From contig CM120645.1 of assembly GCA_051362555.1 (NCBI GenBank), positions 8,742,001 to 8,806,000 of the forward strand: DNA of 64,000 nt. Reading direction: 5' to 3'. A program made the translations under genes and the position numbers. Shown here piece after piece: positions 12,991 through 25,937 of the stretch. Source of the stretch: Lingula anatina. Its lineage: Eukaryota; Animalia; Brachiopoda. The notes below the pieces were generated by a model. That model searched no databases. It was not told the DNA's origin and saw only the letters and a list, made by a program, of their open reading frames with translations. Position 1 is the stretch's first letter, and every line of letters starts with the position of its first letter.

Positions 12991-14121
12991 TTAAGTCACA
13001 AAAGATGTGAACTTTCTTAAGTTTGCTTGTTATACGTGTTGATTACTAATGATTTATTGTATAAAATTTTCACATATTTAAGGCACGCGTTTGAAAATGC
13101 TCATAAGTCATTTTTCCTGCAAAGCTCCCTATTTTACCCAATCCAGACCCCCCCCAAAAAAATGATAAATCTGCCCAAAAGAGTTCTATGGCAGACCTGA
13201 TGTGGATATTTTCTTCTGAGCCTTAAAAGTGCACGTGTGTAATGAAATATTCTAAATCATACACAAGGCCATGGTACGAAAACACCGCGGTCATTTTATT
13301 GTAATGGAATAAAAACGAGGATTTTTCTAAATGTGGCAGTGCATGTCTTGTGAAATGTATGGAAAACGGATGGCGATCTTAATGTTATGGGGTGCTTTTA
13401 GAACTAATTCTTTTAAATGAAAAATGGATCAGATCATCCAACCCAAATGCAGGAATGGGTTAAGTAATGATTCTTGACTAGGAAGAGATTGTTCCCACCT
13501 CCATTAAAGCTTGCGGACAATTCAACAGAAAAGACAAAATCCCCAAAACTCCTAGAAAAAATTAAGTCGATCCGTCTTAGGTGGTAACTTTTTTCAAAAT
13601 TCATTCCAAAAATAAACACAAAGAAACTTTGAACGAGGATAAAACGAGGATATTCCAGCAGTTGGCCCATATAAGGTACATCCGGCTATTTCTCATTTCC
13701 CTTTAGCTCTTTAGGGTCTTGTTGTCTTGTGTAGCTGATACCACAGGGTATATTGGTCGTATATTGGGTGACTAATCATTTCAGTTAGTATACTGAGATT
13801 TCCTTGTAGGTTATTCTATGGGGTTTTGTCTAAAGTTGGGCAAATCAATTCTATTACAGCATTTTACATAATTTCAATCTTTATACTTTTCGTTATTGTA
13901 ATTTGCTGTGAGCTTCGAGAATTCCCAAAGGTTTCCGATTCCCAAAGGATCCCTAGTTCGCGAAGGTCTAGATAATTTGGCTATTGAAGGAAAATTCTAA
14001 TCTGCTTTTTTACGAGACATTACAATCTATGAGACTTCATATACAGAAATTCAAAATTTATTTTCAAAGCATTGTCATTGGTGACTGCAATTTAATGCAG
14101 TTTATTGGCTTGCCTCATAAT

Positions 14122-14482
14122 GCGCATTCAGAACAGATGATCCGCGGACTAACTGATCCACCGACTAAATATGGCCGACCCCGCTTCAAATGATAGTCTC
14201 CCCGCCTCCACACGCGCCACTAAACAGATTAAATCTCAGCTCCGACGTTTAATTGCTAGGCAGCGAAGGCGTGTGTGGAGGTGAGTAGACCATTAGGGAA
14301 TTGAGGGCATCGCTTTTGAAGTAGTGTCGGCCATAATCAAATCGGGCGACCCACTAAAAAGCTTGCCACTTAATTCCCGATTAGACACTGAAAAGATCTC
14401 CCACGGGGATTACACAACAATCATTCAAGTGGAACGGCCATATTTGATCTGCAGATCTGTTAGCGCGCTGTTCTGAATGCGC
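14122..14482. mobile_element. MITE family C long copy (PIF/Harbinger Tourist-like)
   Basis: TIR GCGCATTCAGAACAG ... CTGTTCTGAATGCGC; inner inverted aaatatggccg/cggccatattt; homologous to 50562-50911 and ~25700-25799. Confidence 0.8.
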
Positions 14483-15679
14483 TTTTACAGTAATGGGCTT
14501 ATTGAGATGAATTTTATTAGGATGAATTCAGGTACTATTTTATTCCTTTGTGGCGATAACACGGAAGGCTTTGCTTTTCAATTTAATTCAGGCACTTTGG
14601 CTCCAAAATGAATCTTATAATATGACAACAGATACATTATAATGACAACAGATACATTATCCCCTACTTGCACCATTCCGCTCATTTCTCCTAATATCGT
14701 GCTATCACTTAAGTAGACAGGAGGTCCAGCTAGATCAACACGCAACTAATCGCCCACGACATCCCAAAACGGACACCAATAAGATGAAACGTCTTCCTTT
14801 GCCACGATTTTATGTATATGGTACATTAAGTTCATATTTCAAAGGTACATAGGATTTCCTGGTTAGATTAAATTACAGTTCTGCTGGACCTAGGAGAATA
14901 AGAAGAAATTGCAGATAGAAAAGAGTTGAAGGTATTTTTTTTTGGCCACAATAATTTAGGCACATGGCAGGAAAAATGGCTCGATTTTTGTTTGTGTTAC
15001 ACATTACGCTGTTGTCCTTTTGGAGGAAAGAGAAGCGGAAGAGTGAGGTAGAGGGGACGGGTTCTAAATAAAGAGGCTCCTGGATCAGTAGCATTTCAAA
15101 TAATTCGAGCTCGCGGCGCATCTTTCTTGAGATATAGCATTTCTTTTCACCGAGTCACTTGCTGTTTGTGAGGACACGAATGTTGTGCAGAAGGGATTAT
15201 TGGGAAACCTTGTCAGAAACTGACTAATAGAAAATGCACGGAAGGAACAAGGCACTGGTAATTCTCCCCTTCACCGACGTTAGCAGACTAATTAATTAAA
15301 GTGATGACCTGAGATATTGTAATTAACCCGTTCAAGTAATTTTGCCAAATCGGAAAGCTAACGCATCTCTGTAGACCGCGAACGTCATTGGGATCGATAA
15401 GATCTGAAGTCAATAAAAGTAAAACGCTGCTGGGTATCGCACGAGTAAGCTCGAGTTAATCATGCGTGTACATGCAAAATCCACCTAATATACGTCAAAG
15501 ATCTGCTTGATTTAAAATTTATAGCAATATAAATGAGAAGAATAATAATGATAAGTTGAGTTATTTTATTGGGAAGTTATCCAATGCATACCAACTCACC
15601 TAAACTTAAAGTAAATAATGAACTAGCTTTCACATACATGTACCAAGAAACTCTCTATTTAAAAATAGTTTTAAAAAAA

Positions 15680-15995
15680 GTCATCGACCGGATGACCCAC
15701 CAAAGCAGGAGTACTTGTGTTCAACCTCATCTGGAGATATATCAGACCTTCATAAGCATATCTGCTGTCTCCTTGCTTGGCTTTCAGTACTTTGGAGCTG
15801 AACCTGAGGCACCTGGCCTACACCTTTAGCAATGAACGAAATTGGCCTTAATCTACCTTTCAGCGCCTCGTACGGCAGTTGGGCTGTATCCTCCCCAGGG
15901 AGGTGAAAACGTCTACAGCCAGCTTGAATAATGGCCAAAAAGATATGTCAAGCCTATTGTAAACCCCACTGAGACGTAGTTCGGTATGTAAGAAT
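15680..15995 (+). mobile_element. Degenerate tRNA-derived SINE (Meta-like + Deu/Nin-like domains)
   Basis: B-box-like gttcaacctc; ctgctgtctccttgcttggctttcagta and ggcagttgggctgtatcctccccagggaggtga resemble conserved SINE central domains from memory; tgtaaac...tgag tail. Confidence 0.5.
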
Positions 15996-17063
15996 CGGAC
16001 TTGACGCCAACAGACCTGTCATCACTCTCGATCTCGTTGGGAGTTTGGAAACATATCTCCTGATCTCCCGATTCCGACTAAAAAGCTTCCGATCTATCAG
16101 ACATTTCTCTCTTTTCTTTCGGTAGAATGTGCGATGACTTTAGTCATGAACATGTGCTGACACGATCACATAATTGTTTTATGGCTTCATTGATGGAGGG
16201 CATGCAGTGATCGCAGTAAACAATGAGAAGGAAAAGCCAAAGAAAAAAACCCACGTTGGGTCTTTGTGTGAGTACCATACTGCATACTATGACGAAGCTT
16301 GTTTCGAAAGGAACCAAGATACCAATCATTTAAACCGCGGATATTGTTTGTAAAAAAAAAGTACAAGTAGACTTCCTTAGTTTAAGTTTAAATGAGCACA
16401 ACTTGATCCTGTTGAGAGAGCGGACCTTCTCAAGAACCCCTGGCTACGTGCCCGCTTATCCATGATACGTGCGATATTTTTCACCTTTTGCCAAGTTTTT
16501 GTAGCTGCGTGAACTTCGAAACAATAGATTCGCGTTGCATTGTGGGTTCTTAACTCTAAATGGCTTTGCGAAGCGGCAAGCCTGTAGCGGGTGAAAGTTG
16601 TGGAAGAAGACCACACAAAGTGTCTGCGACGAATTTTCATATCAGGTATGGTTGCCAACTTGCACGAAATGTTGCACTTCTATTCCTTTTTTTTTCGTTT
16701 TCGTTTATGCACTATGGCCTTTTGTTCGACCACCTAGAATTTATCAGACAAAACAAAGATCGACCCAATTTGTTATTCCAGTTGGACGTTATTACTGAGA
16801 ACAATTGTTTCATAATTTGTGATATTGATATTCTGTGTAAATATTATACTAGAGAATTTCTGCACTAGTTCTAAGACCTCTGAGGAGTTTTCCTGAATGT
16901 GAAGGTAGTGATAAACACACGGTTAGCGGTATCGGCATAACTTCGAGAAGCAACTGATGTCCTATTGATCAAGTAAGCAGTACTCCAGTTACCATAATCC
17001 CGCCACTTAATCATAACTGTTCACTTATTAATTATATCTAGTCGGCAAAAATGGTGATTTGTC

Positions 17064-17270
17064 ACAGTGGCGACTGTATCAGATATTTTGATCATGTGAT
17101 GTTGTAATTGATGGCGTACAGTGGTTTGTTTCTGTACAGAACAGGACACAAAGTATAGTTACACTGTCGACTGTATCAAATGTCTTGGTCCTGTGATGTT
17201 GTAGTTGATGGCCATGACAAACAGTGGTTTGTTTCTGTACAGTATTGCACAGAGATATGGTTACACTGTC
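17064..17270. repeat. Degenerate tandem duplication (~100 bp x2)
   Basis: cgactgtatca...tgtgatgttgta.ttgatggc...acagtggtttgtttctgtacag twice. Confidence 0.75.
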
Positions 17271-19048
17271 ACAATGTTACAATTGCTGACGCAGAACGTT
17301 GTTCCTTACAGCAACGTTTCAATTTATGACGCACAGCGTCCAAGACAACGTGGCTCAATGCAGCACAGCATAGATATATGGTTGCCAGTACAGTAGAATG
17401 TACATGTATGGCTGACTTATGCCCCCATTTCATTCTGCGGGAACTGTAGGTTATTGTTTGATATGAATACATGTACATGTATATGTCAGGTGAACTTGAG
17501 GAGGACGCGCAAACGTTTTTGCTCATTAAAAAGATTTTTAGTGTAACGTCGTTATAGCAAAATTTATATGCAGCATATTTGAATTGAATTTTGTTTACGG
17601 CAGGCATCTGTGGATATTTAAAGTATACATTGGTAGACGAAACACACAAAATGTTATTTAAGGGTAAAGAGTTCGACATTCTTACAAAACAAAGTTAGCT
17701 TTTTGAGGGATAAAGTTAGGAGACATTCTTTAATTGTTTTCGCTATCCTCTTGATACATTTTCAACCTTTCTGTTCCTGTCATCAAATAACCCTGCAAAT
17801 TAAGTCTTTAAAAAAAGGTCTGGAATCACGTCAACGTATCGACATACAGCTCAACACCGTATCGCGTGACGGCAGATAGTATCAGTTTCCTTGCTAGTCT
17901 CCGTGCTAGAATTGGTTTTTTGCCATTTCCTCGTCCTCAGAGTGAGATCGTAGTCAAGCCTTTTCCAAGAAGAAAAATGTATCCACACGTCGGGGTATTT
18001 TTAACAGTTTCCATCGAAACAGTTTACGATCTTCCACAGATCTTCTAGATGTTACAGAATTGTATGGAAGACTTATCGTCTTATATAAAATTTTGTTGCG
18101 GCTGGAGGCCTTAGGTAGAGAGTAGATTAAGTGTATATTTGCCAGGGAAGTACGCGGGCGAGACGAGATAAAGAAAATATTACAATGCTCTGTTTGTTAA
18201 TTGATTGGTAGATCAAACCAGTCTCTATAGACTTATATAAAACAGGTTTGCTATTTTGTCAAATAACCCCCATTAGCAAACAAAGCATAAGTAACTTCTG
18301 ATTGTCAATTTTCATGCGCAGTGTGCGTGATGCAAGATCTTGGTAAAAATTACTCGTGGCATACCTTGCTTAAGAGTGCCTCAAAGCCCTTTGAACAATT
18401 GAATAATTTTTAGCGAGAAATACCTCAGAGATTGAGCGTCTTGCCGTTCTAAACATCCCATACAATTGAGCTATAGGTTGATTGTAAGACAAACATTTGA
18501 AATCTTAGTTTCAACCAACGGCACCGTAAGGTTTTTATTTATTATATACATGTAATATATATGTAGGATAGATGGCAGACTGTAGTGGAGCGGTTATCGC
18601 CAATTGTTCATTTTTGGGATAGAAGCATGAAACTTGGTCAGATTGCATAAAACGCTGGATATAGAACCAGCACCTGGTGACACCCGGTAAACTTTTTTTT
18701 CAAAATGGCTGCCAAAAGCATAATGACCAAGTATGATTTCACTATTGCACAAAGACATGATAAATTGGATAAAATTGAGGTTTTTGTGATGTCTAAACTT
18801 CTCTGAGGCAGTGACACAAGGTTGTTATCTTATATGACTGCCAATTTAAGATGGTGCCATGTTTTTACATAGTACTGGAAAAAATGACACTGAAAATTCA
18901 AAAGAATAGAGACACGATATTTTCCCTCAGATTTCTTGTTTGTGAAACACTAGAGATAAAGATATCTTGAGCCTTATTTGCGCTTATGCTTTCCATGATA
19001 CAATTCAACATTTTACCACATGGCAAATGTAAGTTAGTTTGGTTGAAT

Positions 19049-19252
19049 ACCATAAGAAGTGTTTTTCTTATTAAGCAATATGACAAGCCGGGAGTAATTG
19101 CAGTTCTTGTTAACAAAATAGCAATAACAGTCAAACAAAGTGTAACCCTTGAAGACCATAAGTGTTTTTCTTATTTAGCAATATGACGACCAGGAAGTAA
19201 TTGCAGTTGGTGTTAACCAAATGTCAATAGGAGTCAAACAAAATGTTACTCT
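19049..19252. repeat. Degenerate tandem duplication (~107 bp x2)
   Basis: accataag..gtgtttttcttatt.agcaatatgac...gtaattgcagtt...agtcaaacaaa twice. Confidence 0.75.
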
Positions 19253-21685
19253 CCATTCCTGTCGCAAATTTGCAATTTTGTTGGGTTTGCGGATTTCTAG
19301 GACCCCGTATAATAATTATACACGCAAGATTTCTGATTGCACAGAACTCATGCGGCGGTCATGCCCCTTTCATATGTCCATATTTAGATCGTGAATGCAA
19401 TGTCGGTTGTGAAGGAAATAAGACTATGTCGAATGTCTATGTCGAAATCGTCTTAATATAATCCTTTGGGAATCGTATAACAGTGACTGGCTTTGCGTGC
19501 AGTTTCTCTCCCGGACATGTTTTCTTGAGCAAGCATTGATGCTGGAATGATTCGATCTGCTCTCAGACTTTCTTCCTCTTATCAATTTCTGTTCTGTAGA
19601 CCGTGTATTTTATTTTGATGTCGACGGAGGTTTTAATGTAGCGTAATTTAGTATACATGTAACCAGTTGTAATGCGTTTTCCTTAAGGAATTTTTCGTTT
19701 GAAGCAGTATTTTGTAGTCCGATTCAAATTGAAAAGCTGAACTGTACGATCCAGTTTGAGTTGCTTGGAGTACTACCCAGTTTACTAAAAAATCTATGCC
19801 ATAACGTCATCAGTGTGAGTTTAAATTAATTTGGAAAAAGAATGTAAAATATTATTAATACGATTAATAAATACAATAATAACATTATCATATTGTAATT
19901 GTACAATTTATGTGAAAACCGTGGCTTACAACCTAGTTGGAAAAACGTCCTCCACCCTCAAGTAACTTTTTATGTAATAGGTTTCAGTAGGTACAGTAAG
20001 GTCCAATGGCTACGTTGCAATTTTGGAGTAGTTGTGTTACTTTTATGTTACTGTATCCACAGGTAACAGGGTGTGCATAAAGACACATATTGGTGATAAT
20101 CTATCAAAAGGGACACAGTTACACGTAGCAGTAGATATAAATATACTATAAAGCAAAACAATAATTTTCCTAAAAAAATTAATATTCCTCCTGAATAATC
20201 AGGGTACACTTAATCCAAAATTACTATATATAAGACCGTTTTTGATTTCTGAGTTTCTCAATTTGAATATCATCCTGTTTTGAAAATGGATCCTGCATTG
20301 CTAGTGAAATTCATCCATAGCTTTATAAATTAAATACATGTATTGAGAACTGAAAGGCAAGTTTCAAACTGATTTTCTCAATACTTTTGATCAGATATAC
20401 GCATGTATTTTAATGGTTAATGAGTGTTGAAATTTCTCGGAAATATTATAGGTGTCATTTTTTGGTTGTAAAAAGGTCTAACATACCTGGAATACCTTTA
20501 AAGATGTCTTCCTTAAAAGGACGCTTTTTCAGTGACTGAAATAACTACATTTGTGGATAGCGGCGAGAGAGAGGATTTTATCATTGAACTCTCCCTTTTT
20601 TGTGGCGCTGTATCGGAATATGAATTCATAAAATTTGATCTGAGTGACGTATCCGTCCGTATACAAGAAACACATTGTATTGTTAGTGAATGACACAGCA
20701 TGTTGATTGACAAAAAGTGCAGTATCGAAGAAATCCCACAACACACCCAGCATAAACATTTATCCACACCAGAGAAACGCGTATTGCTGATAGTAAATCA
20801 AACATAATGCATAAAGTGAAGAAATATGTCGCAAAAGGCCTTTCTATTCAATCTGTGTCATACCCAGTAACGTCATGACAAAAGCCATCAAAACTCCATC
20901 AACAGCAGCAAGAAATACTAGTGATTTATTGTAATTAATTTCCGCAGCTTGGATCCGTAGTCTCAAGCGCCGCATTGCGTTTGTACAGAGTTTGTGCTGA
21001 GGCAATTAGCATCTGAAATGATTTTTAATAAAACGGGCCGTAGAGAGGCACGAGTGATTGAGTGCGGTTCTGGCCACCGACATGCTTCGGGGATTTAATC
21101 AAAGCAAGTGGCTTTTGTCTTTCATTGCACTCAGAATACGTAGGAATAATGCGAGGGAGTTTGGCTGGAGTCGGGCTGGTGATAATCCAGATGCCACCAC
21201 AGATTTTAGTACATTGAAAAAGGGAAAACTTATTAATTTTTTTAGGCATAGGGAAGAGGGGGAGGGGGTGGGTACTGGTCTGGTTGTAAAAAGCAAACTT
21301 TGTTCTTTCTTCGCTTGGTGTTTTTCCATTGCTAACCATTTAGGGAATATGAAATAGGGACACGACCCCCCCCCCCCCCCCCCCAACAGCCCCACCCTCT
21401 CAAGGAGCTGGAGGATATTGACGTTGATGAACAGTGTTCTCATATACACAGTCAATAAATTGCACCAAACTGTGCACGATTGTTCCACAACTGTGTTTAA
21501 ATAGATTAATTAGGCCAACTTAAAAATTATCAGCTATGAGGAAAAAAATCAAACTCAGCACATCTCAAAGCTGAAATTCTGCAAGAAGCTTTGATACGAA
21601 AGAAACTTCGTTCAGTGTCACCACTACATCCAAATTTTAGTTTATTTTACATCGCCTTGACTTGATGAATCTTCTTTTTAAATCT

Positions 21686-21926
21686 TAGATTTCATTAACT
21701 ATACAACCTACACAATGTCATGAACTTGGATCTATTTCAGAATTCTTTGAAGTTCTTTGATTCTAAAGTAAATTCTATTTATTTCACACAATAAAAATTT
21801 CCAGCGGTTTTGTTACTACTTACTACGTTTATTTTCTAGATTTCATTTGCGTTAAAACCTACAAAGTTCTATAAATACACACAACTAGATTTCTGGAGTT
21901 CTTAGAAATCTTTGATTCCAAAGTAA
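21686..21926. repeat. Degenerate direct duplication (~150 bp period)
   Basis: tagatttcatt...aacctaca...tctttgattc.aaagtaa twice. Confidence 0.55.
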
Positions 21927-23359
21927 CGATATTTGGTGTACAGTGTAGGGACTGCACTGGGAATTGATCACCTCATCTAGTGAAAAGTACATATCTGTTT
22001 AATTTTATATCCTACCCATCGTGAATTACCCGTAGAGAGAAAACAGAATGTACAACTAACGACTAATGAATTGAATCACCAGGGGAAGCATTGCTTAATT
22101 AAATCACAAAAGAGAGAAATTGTTAATGCCTCGTCCACAGCCCAGAAACGTCAATTGTTAAAGAAACGGGTAAAGAATAGCATTTCCCTTACGGTCATGG
22201 AGGGTGTATTATAAAAAACCTTTCTATGTGTTTATAGTTAAATGAACGTACAGTACAGTGGGTACATGCACGTCAAATGTCGGTAGCGTAAAACGACGTG
22301 AGTATAAAATGCCACAGAATATGTCAAACCAGGATTCAATTCAATCCCCGCATCTTCCTTGGTCGATTTACAAGATGACCGAATCGCTGGTTTGGTTATT
22401 TAAAGTTAGCTGACAATACATCACATATTGATTTTAGTACATTTATTCCGAAGTGGAATACGCTTCAGAATATGTTGCTTGCCTGGCCCAAACGGTGTCA
22501 CTGCAAAGAATAACAAATTCTCATATGGCCTTTTCCATTAACGTTCTAAGTATGCTCTAAATGAATATTATTTAAATTATAAAAATACTGACACTAGAAG
22601 TACAATACAGTGACTTAATACATGTACTCTGAATAACTATTGCAGAAAGAGTTCATGAAATATAATACTTAGTAAGTTTCTTTTGAAATGTTAGTTTTCA
22701 GTAAAGTTTAAGTGTTTTAGAATTGGCTCTCTTAAAAACGTATTTATGAGTTCATACTCTACGCCGTCCAAGTCATCAAGTATTCATGGATTAATGCTGG
22801 AGTTAATAGTTTGCAAACAATCATGTTAAGTGTAATAATCTTACAAAAGACTGTCATTCTCCATTCTCCCTGGAAATTTCCCGCTACTACAGTACAAGAT
22901 CCGTGTCCAACCAACCAGGATATAAATAGAACAGATTAGCATTTTCGCTGATAAATTTGCGACGAAATTATCAACGAAACTTCAATTGAATAAATGTATA
23001 TCAATAATAGATACCGTAATATGTGCTTACTGAAATGCTTATACTTAAGTCTCGAGTAATCATGAAGTCAAATATAGCCAAGAGCCTTATTTGGAAACAA
23101 AGTGGTATATTGTAGAGATTTCATGCCTTAATCGTACGTTGGATATCAAGTGCACGGAAACTTGACTAGTATAAGTGGCATTACAATCGTGGCTAATGTA
23201 TAATAATGTGACACCGGGTGCGATCGTCTAGGCATTGACTTTAGCACGTTTTCCAGATAAACTTCGGTGCTCAAAAGTTGAACAACACTTTATTATTTAT
23301 CAATTTTCTTAAAAACCAAGCCTTTCTTTGATTAGTGAGGCCGTGACACTGCCCGACTG

Positions 23360-25030
23360 GGTAAGGGGTGAGGGGCATATACGAAAACACTCGTTTGTAT
23401 AGGCTTCAGGGGCACATGTTTGATAGTTTTTCAGAAAAAAATATTGCAAGAAGACAACTTAAAAATGGCGTAAGATTCTAAATGGCACAGAGTCATTAAG
23501 CTTTTTTTCTATCAGGCAGATAAAAGACATTTTAAAACAATTCGCTGTTTTAACTACCATATATTTTTTTTGCTTTGTGCTGTTTATACCATTTAATTAC
23601 TCAGTTTTTGCACATTATGACGTTATATTATTATTTTGTCGTCCTCCTGATTGCCATGGTTTGTAGCCCCTTCGATATCTCAAATGACAACTGTGATAAT
23701 AGCAATTTTTGAAAAAAATCAAATTGTTGCTATGATAATCACTGTATTTCACGGACATCCACAAGACGTCCAAAACTTTGGCTCAAATCCGAATTTGCAT
23801 ATTATTTTAGGAGTTTAATATTGCAATGTATGTCACATATTTTATTATGAAGTAAAGAAGACCAAAACTCACAGTCTTAATGTTTTTAAACATTTAAAGA
23901 GCACTTTTTAATTACTAACGAGACCAAAATTGATTTTCCATATTTCAGGAAAATGCCCATATCTGAAAGATAAAACAGCACAAAGGTTTGGAACAGAGGT
24001 AACTTCTGATGTTATTCCAATATAGAGTGGACAGCAAATAATCTATTTTTCAACTAAAGTAAACTAACGACTTCTAATCTAAAAGTCGAGACCAACCTTT
24101 GACATAAGTTCTTTTGTTCAACCATTCACTGACTATGGACCAAAACATCGTTCTTTGCAGGAAGGAATAGCATTCAAAAACTGCACAAATGTAGTTCAAT
24201 ATTAGGGTTTCGTTGGGAACTGAAAAGAAACGCTAGTTTCATTGCAGTTTCTATCGAAGAGTGAGAGCTGTGTAAACAGACCTCGTTTTCTCACTGACAG
24301 TAATATGTTTGCATACGTTAACGAGTATAGATGCATTGCAATACACGTTTATGTTTCGATTTTGTCGGTTTCAGAGAACTGCATCTGTCGGCAAACATAC
24401 GAACAATTGAGAATCGATCTAAAGATGGCGTATTGTTTGGCCACAATGGGAACATGTCATGAAACTGTGATAACTAGCAGCTTGTTGCAAAGGTGATTCA
24501 AGCTTAGGAATTTCATTCTGTCGCTTACTGTGCATGCTTTACGCCTGCTACCAAAACAGTTTCAGTATTTTCTACCACTTGCCGAGCAATCTTCGCACGT
24601 GGCATCCGATTGTTAGTTATATGCTTTAGGCATTTAAGACACTTTTTTTGGTATACTTTCAAAGCAATTATTCTCTCTGTTTCAGGCATTTATTTTTATA
24701 GCTCTCTAAGCTTGTGTAACAGCTGACATCAATTTCATCTTCTTTCATTTTCCCCCTTTAAACAAATTTCTTAATTTTTATTGTAGTGTAAGAAATCGTC
24801 ACAATTTTCAAATATGCGAGCAGTAACTGGTACATAAAGAAAAAACTGTACATATTATGTATAGGATGTCCTAAACAAGTTTGAAAATTTGAGAAAAATA
24901 CCATCACCTATGTTATGCACAAAGTAGTGAACTTTTTTCAACCAAAAATCTTGAAAACGTTTTACACCTCCAATATAGGTTTTCCAGTCGAATACCCTCT
25001 AACCAGGAGATGCACATGCCCCTTACCTAC
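23360..25030. mobile_element. Possible ~1.7 kb decayed non-autonomous DNA transposon
   Basis: ggtaagggg...ggggcat at left vs atgccccttacc at right; non-coding interior. Confidence 0.35.
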
Positions 25031-25699
25031 TGTCATTCGAATCACGTTTTTGCACAAATCGAAGTCCATATTGTAGTGAAAAAGATGAAAGATAGGTATA
25101 CTTCTGAGGCAATCTGCCAAAAAAAAATCTCCAAAAGGAGAAACGTAAACGTCTTTATCTTTCTCTCTCTGTCTCAGGTGATTTAATCTTTGTAAGTAAA
25201 GAACAGTTTCTATTACTCAAGGGACCACATGGACTCCGTGAAAAAGTCCATGTGTACGTCATCGTTGACCAGCATTGGCCTTAGGTCTTTATTTATAATG
25301 AGTCTTTAGTATTCATATTTACATTTATGGATATCTAAATAATTCCCGTTGGTATATAAAATGATGTTTTGAATGATTTTCTTTGCTTATTTCATGTACA
25401 GCTCATCGACAATAAGCTAACACCTGGGAATTGCGTCACCATCAGACGCATGTCCCAATCGAGATTCTTTAAAATATTTCTATATTTTTTGCAGCTTGTT
25501 TATTTACTACAGTTTCAATAAACGTCAAATATCAAAGACCCCTGAGTAACAGAACTATTAAATTATACTTCCTACAGCACGGTTTCACATACTCTTTTGA
25601 GGATTTTTTAAGTGAAGAGGGATCTGGGGTTTCAACAGCATAGTGGCATTGAGCTCTAGCAATTACTATAGGCTTTTGCAGGAGTAGCTCGTGCAGTAA

Positions 25700-25799
25700 G
25701 CGGGGGTACCATTAGGGGATTAGCGGCAAAGCTTTCAAGTGGGATCGGTCATATTTGATACGCGGATCAGTCCGTCCGTCGATCTTCTGTTCTGAATGC
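25700..25799. mobile_element. MITE family C partial copy (right end)
   Basis: ttcaagtgggatcggtcatatttga...ctgttctgaatgc matches the family C end. Confidence 0.65.
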
Positions 25800-25821
25800 A
25801 ACCATATATTATATGATGGGG

Positions 25822-25937
25822 ATAAATGCCAGTTAAATAAAACTTGGTGTATAAATGCCTGTTAAATAAAACTTGGTGTATAAATGCCTGTTAAATAATA
25901 CTTGGTGTATAAAAAGCTGTTAAATAATACATGGTGT
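25822..25937. repeat. Minisatellite, 29-bp unit x4
   Basis: ataaatgcc(a/t)gttaaataa(a/t)acttggtgt repeated. Confidence 0.92.
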
